Source: Octopus sinensis (taxonomy: Eukaryota). From it: 64,000 nucleotides of DNA. Position 1 is the first letter of the stretch; each line of letters opens with the position of its first letter. Shown here in pieces: positions 46,125 to 57,647 of this stretch. The position numbers were made by a program, and so were the translations under genes. The DNA is taken from NCBI RefSeq assembly GCF_006345805.1, contig NC_043010.1, forward strand, positions 66,712,001-66,776,000, read 5' to 3'. The notes under the pieces were generated by a model that ran no database searches, was not told where the DNA came from, and saw nothing but the letters and a program-made list of their open reading frames with translations.

Positions 46125-47882
46125 ATGCATTCCGAGAAGAAGCAATTTCCCTGTGAGTTTTGTAGCAAGTTTTTCTCGAAGGGGTCCGATCTACGAAGGC
46201 ATGTCCGGACTCACACCGGGGAAAAGCCGTTCTTTTGTGAAGAGTGCGGAAAGAGTTTTACCCGGAACTCCAGCCTCAAGCGGCATGTGAAGACCCACGA
46301 GGAGATCAACATGTTAATTGCCAATAATTACATTGAGAAATACACCGAGGATTCGGTTTCCGTTAAAGACGTGGAGAAAACCTCAGACTATGCCAACCAT
46401 TTCCTGCGTGTCGAGAACTCCTTCACAGGTGAACGAGTGTATACAGTGGACATTAGGGACATAGATCTGGACGATGAATTAGAGTTGAAAGAACAAGAAG
46501 AGAAAGAACAGCTAGCAGAGGAGGAAGAAGAGGAGGAGGAGGACGAGGAGGAGGAGGAGGAAGAGGAAGAGGAGGTAGCTGAGGACAGTGATAAGGATGT
46601 GATTATTATTGAAGATCAACCAGCGGAGGAACCACCTGGTTATATACAAGTTTGGTACGATGACGGAAGAATAGATTCCCCTGAACTTATTGCTGATAAA
46701 CAATCGCAGAGCCCGGATGCGGGTAAACTGCATCAGTGCGTGGTTTGCTGGGAGTGTTTCCTCGATAAATCAGACTTGAAGAGACACTCAAGGATGCACA
46801 TTGGCATCACTCAATTCCCGTGCATATTCTGTGGTAGGGAATTCTCCAAAGGTTCCGACTTGCGCAGGCACATCCGCACACATACCGGGGAGAAGCCATT
46901 TCATTGCAACATGTGCAGCATGAGTTTTGCCAGGAACTGCAGCCTAAAGCGACATGTTAAGACACATACGGAAAACGCAACACAGGATCTAATCAGTGCG
47001 AAGCAGAGTTTTCCTGGTGAATTTTACAATAAAAAACCTGTGAAAGCCCCGAGTAATGGGAACTCCTATCAGTGTGAGATCTGTGGCCGAGCTTTTTCAA
47101 AGTGTTCAAATTTGCAAAGACATGTGCGGACGCATACAGGGGAAAAGCCGTTTACCTGTAGTGTGTGCGGTTCCAGTTTTACCAGAAATTGGCACCTGAA
47201 GCGCCACGCCAAAATTCACGTTACGGACAAAGTGATAAACTTGGAGGATAAAGTGATAGATTTAGATGAAATTGCAGACACAATATCAGATAATGTAGTT
47301 TACCAAGATGACAGTCCGGCGATAACTGAAGTGGTCCTTTACCACTGTGATATATGCAAAAAAGATTTCTCGATACGCTCTGACTTGAAAAGACACCTTA
47401 GAATCCACACAGGTGAGAAACCTTTCCAGTGTGACATATGTGGTCGAAGCTTTGCACGTAAGTACGGTTTGAAGCGGCACAGCAAAATACATAAAGAAAC
47501 ACAGCTTTGCAGGTGTGACCTTTGCGATATGTACTTTGAAGATAACGACAGCTTAAAATGCCACCTGAAGTGTCATACAGCTGCCAGCGAGAAGGAGAAG
47601 GAAGAAAATATTCTCAAAAATGTGATGAAAGTGTTTGCGAAAGGGAAGTCGTTTTATTGTCAGTTGTGTAACAAGACATTTTCAAAAAACTCCGACTTGA
47701 AGCGGCACGTGAGGACCCACACTGGGGAAAAACCGTTTGTTTGTACGATTTGTACTCGTGGTTTCGCAAGGAACTGCAGCTTAAAAAGACATTTGAAAAC
47801 TCATCGTGATAGTAATCTCATCAACTGGACCGTATTGTCACCGGACACATTGGAAACTCTGAAAGAAGGTAAGGCTTTTTAG
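46125..47882 (+). CDS. C2H2 zinc-finger protein 2 (12 fingers in spaced doublets/triplets, Glu-rich linker); C-terminus may instead be spliced at 47868
   Basis: ORF with 12 C2H2 motifs and TGEKP linkers. First ATG after the in-frame TAG (46104) is 46125. Acceptors at 45949-50 and 45969-70. AAG|GTAAGG donor-like site at 47868/47869. Confidence 0.9.
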   Translation: MHSEKKQFPCEFCSKFFSKGSDLRRHVRTHTGEKPFFCEECGKSFTRNSSLKRHVKTHEEINMLIANNYIEKYTEDSVSVKDVEKTSDYANHFLRVENSFTGERVYTVDIRDIDLDDELELKEQEEKEQLAEEEEEEEEDEEEEEEEEEEVAEDSDKDVIIIEDQPAEEPPGYIQVWYDDGRIDSPELIADKQSQSPDAGKLHQCVVCWECFLDKSDLKRHSRMHIGITQFPCIFCGREFSKGSDLRRHIRTHTGEKPFHCNMCSMSFARNCSLKRHVKTHTENATQDLISAKQSFPGEFYNKKPVKAPSNGNSYQCEICGRAFSKCSNLQRHVRTHTGEKPFTCSVCGSSFTRNWHLKRHAKIHVTDKVINLEDKVIDLDEIADTISDNVVYQDDSPAITEVVLYHCDICKKDFSIRSDLKRHLRIHTGEKPFQCDICGRSFARKYGLKRHSKIHKETQLCRCDLCDMYFEDNDSLKCHLKCHTAASEKEKEENILKNVMKVFAKGKSFYCQLCNKTFSKNSDLKRHVRTHTGEKPFVCTICTRGFARNCSLKRHLKTHRDSNLINWTVLSPDTLETLKEGKAF

Positions 47883-48495
47883 CATTTTCTTAAATCTATC
47901 TTTCTACTTGTTGTCAGGTAGACGGAAACTGAAAGAAGCCCATCGTATATGTGTGTGTGTTTTTGTGCCCCATGATCGCTTGACAACTGATGCTGGTGTG
48001 TTTATGTCCCCGTCACTTAGCAGTTCGGCAAAAGAGGCCGATTAAATAAGTATTGGGCTTACAGAAAAAAAGTTCTGGGAGTCGATTTGTTCAACTAAAG
48101 GCGGTGCTCAAGCATGGCTGCAGATTGAAACAAGTAAAAGAATAAAAGGTAGTGTGTTTGAACAGAAATATACTAACAAGAGGGCTGAGCACCTCAACAT
48201 ATTATACTAACCCGGCAGAGCACTCTGAAGGCATTTTAAATGTGTCTGCACCCCCCATCTCCCAATAATGTCTCAGAGTATCACCCTGGGTCTGGGTCCT
48301 ATATATGAAATTGAGTCTCCCATAAGCTAATTTTGTCTCTGATGCTCTCTACTATAGGCTGATTTTTATCCAGACAGTCCCTTCACCCTAGCTGATTGAA
48401 GTTTTTGCTGTGATTTATGTTTAATTGTTGTGGGATCATGCTTTTTATGAAATCTGTTCTGCTTTTTTCTCTTCTTGCATGTTTTATTACTTTAA

Positions 48496-48968
48496 CCCTT
48501 TCGTTACTCTATTTATTTTGAGATGCTCTGTGTTTCTTTCAATTAATTTTAAATATAACAAAGAATTTAGTAAAATAACTTAGTTATCATTCAGCTAGGG
48601 TTAGGAACCTAAATTGTGACTAAGGTTTGGTGGAGGATTTTAATTCAAAACTTATGAAAACAAGACATTTGTACTACAAAGCCAGACCGGTTTCAGCCAG
48701 GTTGGTATCAAAAGGGTTAAGAATTGTTTCTCTATTATATATTTTAACCCTTTCATTACTGTATTTATTTTGAGGTGCTCTGAGTTTCTTTCAATTACTT
48801 CAAATATAACAAAGAATTTAGTAAAATAACTTGGTTATCATTAAGCTAGTGTTAGGAACATGAATTGTGACTAAGGTTTGGTAGAAGATTTTAATTCAAA
48901 ACTTATGAAAACAAGACATTTGTACTACAGAGCCAGAGCCGGTTTCCGCTGGGTTGGTATCAAAAGGG
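48496..48968. mobile_element. Two tandem piggyBac-like MITEs (P1)
   Basis: Each is TTAA-CCCTTT...AAAGGG-TTAA (48496-48716, 48748-48968). Confidence 0.8.
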
Positions 48969-50565
48969 TTAACCATGTAGGATTTTTTCACTATTGTGGT
49001 TTCTTACTTCATGTTCAATTCTAATTGCCAACTTACTTTTTATATACAATAATGTTTTCTGCTAAGGGCACTTTTGCTGTTTTGTAATGTACTGCTTCAT
49101 TGCTTTACTCCTTTAGCATTCAGATTACTCTATCAAATGTTCTGCTTATTTATTCATATTGTTTTGAATTAATCACGCATTATTTTATAGCTTCAAGATT
49201 GCAGTCCTGGGGTCGATTTACTCGACTAGAGGCGGTGCTCCAGCATGGCCACAGTCATATGACTGAAACAAGTAAAAGAGTAGATTTTCACAGCTGCTAT
49301 TTCTATCAGATAATTACCATGTAGAGGGCCTCCCTTTTTAGCTTGTATATTATATAGTGTTAAGGACAGTGGGTAGTAGGCTCACTAGAATGTCAGGTGA
49401 GGTGGTTTCTGGTATTCTGGATCCATTGAGATCTACGGTGCCTGTCATACTTTTGTGTTCAGCAGAATAAAGGAACGAAGCAGCAGTGAGCTGGCAGAGT
49501 TGTTAGCACGCCGGGCGAGTCTGTCTTTACGTTCTGAGTTCAGATTCTGTCAAAGTCAACTTTGCTTTCCGTCCTTTCGGGGTCAATAAAATAAGTACCA
49601 GTGGGACAGTGGGTGGGGGTGAGGTGTCGATGTAATCAACCTACCTCCTCCCCCCAAATTTGCTGGCCTTGTGCCGATAAAATAAAAGGATCAATCACCA
49701 ATCAAGCACTATGGTTGATTTAATTCAGTAGTTCCCAAACATTTTCAGGCTGCCGTCCCCTTGACAATCGAGCCATATTCCCAGGGCCCCTCTACAAATG
49801 CAGACCTCTTTCTACAGCAAATTCAAAACATCATCATCATCATCATCGTTTAGCGTCTGCTTTCCATGCTAGCATGGGTTGGATGGTTCAGCTGGGGTCT
49901 GGGAAGCCAGAAGGCTGCACCAGGCTCCAGTTTGATCTGGCAGTGTTTCTACAGCTGGATGCCCTTCCTAACGCCAACCACTCCGTGAGTGCTTTTTACG
50001 TGCCACAAATAAAACTTAAGCCAATTAACCCTTTGGGGGTGGGTACATCCATTGTCCCACTTGATCTTTCCACCGCCCACTTTGGCAACCACTGATTTTA
50101 ATTGGTTGACCCCTTTCCCAAAACCCTTGCATTGTAAAAGCGTTGTTGAATTTATGCTTCAAATGCTCAGAGTTCAAATCTTGCCACGGTTTCGTCCTTT
50201 TGTCGTCAATAAAACAAAATGTCCATCAGGTACGTCTCCCAGGTTTTTTTCAAGCAATGATGGATGTGGCTGAGAATCCCAAAGGAATTTTCTTGGTGCT
50301 GTTTCCACTTTAAAGAGTTGATGATGATGATGTAAACCTCATCAACCACAGTAAGTGTAGCTGGACTATGGCCATGCTGGAGTACCACTTTGAAGTGTTT
50401 TATCAAACAAATTGATCTCGGTACTTATTTTAACTATGTTACTTATCCTATCATGTTCTTTTGTTGAACTGCTAAGTTATGGGGATGTAAATAAACCAAC
50501 ACTAGTTGTCAAGGGGTGAGGTGGGGACAAACATGACTACAAAGACACACATATATATATATGTG

Positions 50566-51261
50566 TTTCTTTATTGCCCACAAGGGGCTAAACATAGAGG
50601 GGACAAACAAACGGATTAAGTCGATTACATCGACCCCAGTGTGTAACTGGTATTTAATTTATCGACCCCGAAAGGATGAAAGGCAAAGTCGACCTCGGCG
50701 GAATTTGAACTCAGAACGCAACGACAGATGCAATACCGCTAAGCATTTCGCCCGGTGTGCTAACGTTTCTGCCAGCTCGCCGCCTTATATACATATATAT
50801 ATGATGGGCTTCCAGTTTCCATCTACCAAATTTATAAGGTATCGGTTGGCCAAAAGGCGGCGAGCTGGCAGAAGCGTTAGCATGCCAGGCGAAATGCTTA
50901 TCGGTATTTCGTCTGCCGCTACGTTCTGAGTTCAAATTCCGCCGAAGTTGACTTTGCCTTTCATCCTTTCGGGTTCGATTAAATAAGTACCAGTTACGCA
51001 CTGGGGTCGATATGATCGACTTAATCCGTTTGTCTGTCCTCTCTGTGTTTAGCCCCTTGTGGGTAGTGAAGAAATAGGTATTTCGTCTGCCGCTACTTTC
51101 TGAATTCAAATTCAGCCGAGGTTGACTTTGCCTTTCATCCTTTTGGAGTCGATTAAATAAGTACCAGTTATGTACTGGGGTCGATATGATCGACTTAATC
51201 CGTTTGTCTGTCCTTGTTTCTCCCCTCAGTGTGTAGCCCCTTGTGGGTAATAAAGAGATAG
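50566..51261. mobile_element. SINE B (-, 50566-50786) facing a SINE B dimer (+, 50855-51261)
   Basis: Consensus matches; the dimer is flanked by GGTATCGGTTGGCC / GGCATTGGTTGGCC. Confidence 0.8.
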
Positions 51262-51539
51262 GCATTGGTTGGCCTATAGGCTTTAGTAGATGCTTACCTC
51301 TAGGTGCCATACACTGGGACTGAACTCAAAACCACGTGGTTGTAAAGCAAGCTTGTTAACCACGTGGGCATAGCTAAACCTATGGTGTATATTATTAGCT
51401 TTGAAAACTATTGTATCTAAGTTGACTGGAAGAAAACATTTACTGGGGTTTATTTTGCTGACTTTCCCCTCCTATGGAACTGTGCCATTTTTATAATTAT
51501 GAAAGTGTGGCTGAGAAAGCACCCTTCAAACCTAGGGCC

Positions 51540-52130
51540 TCATGGAGGCAGTAACAAGGGACTGAGACCTTTGACAATATACTGTACTCGAGAAGACAGG
51601 TCAAGCCAAGTGAGAGTGTAGTCATGGCCAATATGGGAGGGTTTCATAACTGGTACCCTTGCTGGTGGTACATAAAAACCACCCTTTGTACTTTGGGTCT
51701 CATGGGGGCAGTGACAAGTGACTGAGCCCTTTGACAATATACCGTGCTCGAGAAGACGGGTCAAGCCAAGTGAGATCACAGTTGTGGCCAATGCTGGTGT
51801 TTCATAACTGGCATGTAAAAAGCACCTGCTACACCCGTGGTTCCCAACCCTTTTATCTAAATGAGTTTTCCTACAGACCCCTTTTAATATGCTTATCCGT
51901 ATTTATATATGTATGTGAAATTTTGAATTTAGCTCATGGACCTTCCAGTACTACCTTTGCTAACCACTGCGCTACACTCTTGGAGTGGTTGGCATTAGGA
52001 AGGGCATCCAGCTGTAGAAATCTTGCCAAATCAGATTGGAACCTTGTGCAGCTTCTCAGCTTACCATTTTCCGTTGAACTGTCCAACCCATGCCAGCATG
52101 GAAAACAGATGCTAAATGATGATGATGGTG
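51540..52130 (+). mobile_element. Family C variant with tandem duplicated RTE ORF end
   Basis: Two about 160-bp repeats containing GTGCTCGAGAAGAC..CAAGCCAAGTGA (like AVLEKT..QAK*), followed by the family C core and tail. Confidence 0.6.
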
Positions 52131-52294
52131 GCTGAATGGTTTTACAGAGATTGTTTTCATTTCTATCAACAATGAATTGGAATCTGGTCAAAGGTTACCA
52201 TAGTTGATGGTATGAAAGACGTATAGGGCATATTAAATTCATTCTAATTTCAACAGTAGATATTCAGGGGAAAATGGTTTTAGTGCATTCTTCA

Positions 52295-52635
52295 TTCTTT
52301 TACTTGTTTCAGTCATTTGACTGCGGCCATGCTGGAGCACCGCCTTTAATCGAGCAACTCAACCCCGGGACTATTCTTTGTAAGCCCAGTACTTATTCTA
52401 TCGGTCTCTTTTTGCCGAACTGCTAAGTGACGGGGGACAAACACAGACACACAAACATACACATATATACGACGGGCTTCTTTCAGTTTCCATCTACCAA
52501 ATCCACTCACAAGGCATTGGTCGGCCCGAGGCTATAGCAAAAGACATTTGCCCAAGATGCCACGCAGTGGGACTGAACCCGGAACCATGTGGTTGGTAAG
52601 CAAGCTACTTACCATACAGCCACTCCTGCGCCTAA
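52295..52635 (-). mobile_element. SINE family A (internal deletion)
   Basis: Reverse complement of the family A consensus. Confidence 0.8.
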
Positions 52636-54505
52636 AGCATGATTTATTGAAAGTGCATGATTTAGTGGTATTTGGCTCGTGATCATAAGAGCATGAGTTC
52701 AATTCCCAGCTGTGCATCATGTCCTTGTGCATGACACTTTATTTCATGTTACTCCAGTCCACTCAGCTGGCAAACATGAGTAGTACCTGTATTTCAAAGG
52801 GCTGGCTTTGTCATATTCTGTCATACTGAATCTCCTTGAGTACTACATTAAGGGTACTCATGACTGAGGAGTACTCGGCCACTTGCATGTTAAATTTCAT
52901 GAGCAGGCCGTCACATCAATCAGATCAGCTGGAACCCTCGTCATAGCCAACAGAGTGCCAGTTTTATTTAATCCTTTAGCATTTAAACTGGCCAAATATT
53001 CTACCTGTTTTACGTTCAAAGCAGTCAGATGTGGCCTCTCACACCTACCCTACAATGTCATTATTGTTTAACGCCCGCCTTCCATGCTGGCATGAGTGGG
53101 ACAGTTTGACAGGAGTCGACCAGGCAGAAGCCTGCACCAGACTTTGTGACTGTTCTGGCAGGATTCTTACAGCTGGATGCCCTTCCTAACACCGACCACC
53201 CTGCAGAAAGCAATCATATCATCAAAATCTTGAATGCATGATTAATTCAAAACATTGTGAATAAATAAGCATTACAGACTTTGCTGGGGGCCATGTAAAG
53301 AGCTTCCAGTCCACTCTGTAAAGTGGTTGGTGTTAGGAAGGGCATCCAGCTGTCAAAGCTGAGTGAAGTTTGGTAGTCTTCTGGCTTACCAGCTCCTGTA
53401 AAACCATCCAACCCATGCCAGCATGGTAGGTGGATGTTGAATGATAATGATATGATAATCTGAATGCTAAGGGGCAAAAGCAGCTTCACTTATAGGGCCC
53501 AGGGTGATTTCTTTATCAAAAGCAGTGCATATTAATATGCTATCAAATACAATAAGTTATTGGATCAATAAAATAATGCACCTGTCCTGACCGATGTATC
53601 GCATTTGATTGATTTTTCCTTTTATTTAATGGGTTGAGCTGAGGAAAGAGCTAATGTCTGTGGCATTAGCAGATTTTCTGAGATGGATGAGATGAATGTA
53701 ATTTTGGTCCTCTCAGACAGGGCGATGTGTGTGTTTATGAGTGAGACACCTAAGCTCCACACAGCTCCAGTAGAAGGTAATGGCAAACCTCTGCTGACTC
53801 TTTCCTCCCGCATCTTGCAGCTCACCTGTGACAGACCGGCGTCCCGTCCAGGTGGGAAACCTATACGTCAATGAAACCAGCCCTTATAAGCCAGGCATGT
53901 CAAGAGAAGGAACAAACCGAGCCTAGGGATGGATGCAATAGGGACAATGAGACAACTGAGTCATAAGTGCCTGAGTAGAGGTGGCACAAAACCACCAGCT
54001 TTTGTAGTGGTAGCAGTTGACAAAAAAAGCCTAGCTTAGTGAAGAGACAGCTCTTAATGTTATGTCGTTGGTGCCTATATGAGAAATTGTTGATGTTGGT
54101 TCTTGCCAGGACTGAAACATTGCACTGAGCTCCTGATATCTGAGTTATGGTATATCTGTATGTTCTTTGTTCTTCAAGTACATACCACTGGCCACTACGA
54201 GATACTTCTCTCAGCTCATTTTCATTTAAATTGTGCTATCCAGGCTTTTCGTGTATGTTGCAGTCCCATGGCTACTGGAGATAAGATAATTGGCATGCTG
54301 ATGGCAGGTCAACTTTGGGGAAATTCTTGAGGCTATCTCCCCTTTTCATATGGCCGCTAGAGGTGAAGATAATTTTATAAATCAAATCTTTGTTACCTGG
54401 TATTTGAAATACCTGTATTAAACACATGCCACTAGCTACACTAAGATCTCTTATTTTTGTTTAATTCTGACAGTTTAATAATATATCATCTTAACTCTGT
54501 ATCAG

Positions 54506-54735
54506 TGTTTCTTAACCATTTTTTTTTACCTCTGGGTCCCTTTGATTCCTGTTGTACCTTTTTAGTCATTCGATGTTATAAAAAAAATATAATGGGATTT
54601 TTTTAAAATTAAATATTATTAGGAATTGTATTTTAAAAAATTTAAATATTTTTTGCACAGTAGAAATATAAACTTTTTATTGCATAAACTTTAACAACAA
54701 AATCTTAAGTGGACCCTGGTTGATAGTTGTTGCCC
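54506..54735. mobile_element. hAT-like MITE; a related copy at about 37888-38855 hosts the mariner
   Basis: Degenerate CAGTG..AACC-type ends. Its internal AATTAAATATTATTAGGAATTG is the empty site of the mariner insertion. Confidence 0.55.
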
Positions 54736-55426
54736 TATACCCTCCCCCTCAATCAACATGTTTTTCAGGCTGCAATGGGTTGGACAGGTCCTTACAGTCT
54801 GAGTTGATTCATATTTTCATTTCCTGCTCCTGTAGATGAATTGGATGACTAAGTTTCACTCCTGTAGCTGTATGTCCCTTCTTAATACCAACCTCTTTAA
54901 TGGAGGTTCTGGGTGTATTTTATGAGGGCACCAACATTAGAGAAGTTACCATGTCTTCACTAAGACTAAAAGCTCCCCTCTACCTTACACTGTCTTTGCT
55001 TACCGTTTATCTTAAAAAACACTATTGAATGTATTTTCTTACAGCACACATATATTTGTGGGTTTTCCAATTACATGGTTCAGTCTCACTGTTTGGCACC
55101 TTGAGCAAGTGTCTTCTATTATAGCCCCAGGCTGACCAAAGCGTTGCGAGTTTATTTGGTAGATGTAAATGGAAAGAAATCCATTCTGTGTGTATGCACA
55201 TATATACATATACACACATACATACATATATAATGTGGGTGTGTGACAATAAGTACTGGTGTTGATTGGTTTTGACTAAGCCCTTCTTCAAGGGGTACCC
55301 TAGTATAGCCACAATTCATTGACTGAAATCTCTAGTGTCCAGTCTCACATGTTATATTGTTAATAATCACAGTATTACTACATTATTTACATTTGATGGA
55401 TATTTGTCCTCATCTTATTTGTTGTT

Positions 55427-55472
55427 AACACGACTTTTCGGCTGATATACCCTCCAGCCTTCATCAGGTGTC
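55427..55472 (-). ncRNA. Minimal type-I hammerhead ribozyme motif (core intact)
   Basis: Reverse strand reads GACAC CTGATGA A GGCTG-GAGGGTATAT-CAGCC GAAA AG TC GTGTT, with a GUC triplet before the stem I 3' strand. Confidence 0.75.
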
Positions 55473-55759
55473 TTGGGGAAATTTCGAACCTGGGTTCTCA
55501 TTCCGAAGGTATTTTTCGATGTTATTATTATTATTATTATTCAGGTCACTGCCTGGAATCGAATTCAGAATCTTGGGGTTAGTAGCCTATACTCTTAACC
55601 ACTACGCCGTATGTCCCATGGGCATATGGCGTTGTGGTTAAGAGCACGGGGACTACTAACCCCAAGATTCTGAGTTCGATTCCAGGCAGTGACCTGAATA
55701 ATAATAATAATATCGAAAAATACCTTAGGAATGAGAACCCAGGTTTGAAATTTCTCCAA

Positions 55760-55805
55760 GACACCTGATGAAGGCTGGAGGGTATATCAGCCAAAACGTT
55801 GTGTT
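55760..55805 (+). ncRNA. Minimal type-I hammerhead ribozyme motif (G12>A degenerate)
   Basis: GACAC CTGATGA A GGCTG-GAGGGTATAT-CAGCC AAAA CG TT GTGTT: stem I ACAC/GTGT, stem II GGCTG/CAGCC, palindromic AACGTT stem III. Confidence 0.7.
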
Positions 55806-56099
55806 AACAACAAACGAGATGAGGACAAATATCTGTCAAATGTAAATAATGTACATAATTCCTCATCTCTTAAATATAGAACTGTCACAGTATTACTGTC
55901 CAATATTTTCCCACTTTCACAGCTGTAATGAACCTCATTTTACCTTTTTAACCTGGAACAAAGGCTTGATGTCCTAGTAAGAAGTGCTGAATAACCTGGT
56001 TAGTGGTAATTTTAAAGGATGGTGATAAACACAAACGGCTGATGAAAAGAACTGAATGGCTCTAAATGAAAGTGGCACGTGATCACCATGCTACACCAC

Positions 56100-56765
56100 A
56101 TCTACTGCAACAGTAGCTGTGACACTAGATCACCGTCTGTACTGCAACAGTGACTGTGAGACTAGCTCACAGTCCATACTGCAACGGTAGCCGTGACACT
56201 AGCTCACCATCTGTACTGCAACAGTCGCTGTGAGACTAGCTGACCGTCCGTACTGCAATGGTAGCCGTAACACTAGCTCACCACCTGTACTACAGCGGTA
56301 GCCGTGAGACTAGCTCACCGTCTGTATTGCAACAGTAGCCGAGACACTAGCTCACTGTCTGTACTGCAACAGTCGCTGTGAGACTAGCTCACCGTCTGTA
56401 CTGCAACAGTAGCTGCAACACTAGCCCACCGTCTGTACTGCATAAGGCGGCGAGCTAGCAGAAGCGTTAGCACACCGGGCGAAATGCTTTGCGGTACTTC
56501 GTCTGCCGTTACGTTGTGAGTTCAAATTCTGCCGAGGTCAACTTTGCCTTTCATCCTTTCGGGGTCGATAAATTAAGTACCAGTTACGCACTGGGGTCGA
56601 TGTAATCGACTTAATACCTATGTCTGTCCTTGTTTGTCCCCTCTATGTTTAGCCCCTTGTGGGTAATAAAGAAATAGGTAGCCATGAGACTAGCTCACCA
56701 CCTGTACTGCAGTGGAAGCCGCAACACTAGCTCACCGTCTGTACTGCAACAGTAGCCGTGATACT
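56100..56765. repeat. 37-bp minisatellite (about 11 copies) interrupted by SINE B (56443-56678)
   Basis: Unit ACTAGCTCACCGTCTGTACTGCAACAGTAGCCGTGAC; units start at 56124, 56161, 56198. Confidence 0.9.
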
Positions 56766-56994
56766 ATAAACCAGTTAACATTAAACTTAATTCGTTGTTA
56801 TTTCTGCTTGTCATTCCAGAAGAACCCTGATGGATTGGAAGACAGAAGAGCAAGAACCAGCAGACCGGAACAGAGTCAACATTTGTAATAAACTTACTGT
56901 AAATAAATATCAACTGAGTGTTGTTTGATCTGTTGGCATGGCAACAACTGGTTGCATCTATGTGTGTGTGTGTGCGATGGTTGAGAACGAGAAC

Positions 56995-57031
<37 letters not shown>

Positions 57032-57647
57032 AGAATGGATGTCAGAGGCAGAGGAGGAGATGGCATGGAAGGGGTACGTGATGTCCGGCATCGCTGATTT
57101 GATGCCGACTTACTCGACATCAGACATTTGAATATTTCTCTCATTTTAGGACGTGAGGTGGCAGAACCATTAGCACACCAGGAAAAATGCTTAGTGGCAA
57201 GTTCAAATTCTGCTGAGGTCTACTTTGTCTTTCGTCCTTTTGGGGTCCACAAAATAAGTACCAGTTGAACACTGAGGTCAAGTAATCAACTTAACCCCTC
57301 CTCAAGACTGCTGGCCTTGTGCTAAAATTTCTTTTGTTCTATTTATATCTATGAATATCTAGTTATGCTTGTAAGGTCATTCTATTTCTCTCTATATTTC
57401 TGCAAGTGGACGCCTCCAGTGCCAAGATGTACTGTTGACATAAAAATGGTCAGCATCCAAAATAGTCATGACCAGTCAATTCCGACATGGAAGCAGAGAT
57501 ATAAGATTCTTGAGAGTTAGAAAAGAATTTTGAAAATCAAAGTGTCAGGGGAGTTTCAAGGTGAATATTAAACAAAAACAAACTGCAATAATAAGATTAT
57601 ATATTTATATATATATATTTGATTGTATACACAATCTCCAGTTTTGA

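Larger units (their letters stand above)
55380..55884 (+). mobile_element. Family E: tRNA-headed, hammerhead-bearing non-autonomous retroelement with inverted 5' duplication
   Basis: Near-perfect palindrome (arms about 55380-55617 and 55620-55854). Each arm = A/B-box tRNA-like head + (AAT)n + CTGATGA...GAAA motif. 13-bp direct repeat TCACAGTATTACT at 55367-55379 and 55885-55897. Confidence 0.8.

Noticed and set aside
53815-53880. Possible HDV-like double pseudoknot (CACCTGTGAC...GTCCAGGTGGG...GTCA)
   Set aside because: P1 lacks the G1 wobble pair and L3 is non-canonical; more likely an old SINE/LINE UTR fragment.
57108-57145. Minus-strand ATG...GA|GTAAGT suggesting another gene start
   Set aside because: It lies just past the RRP12 3' end with no downstream exon or promoter evidence; a single donor-like hexamer is insufficient.
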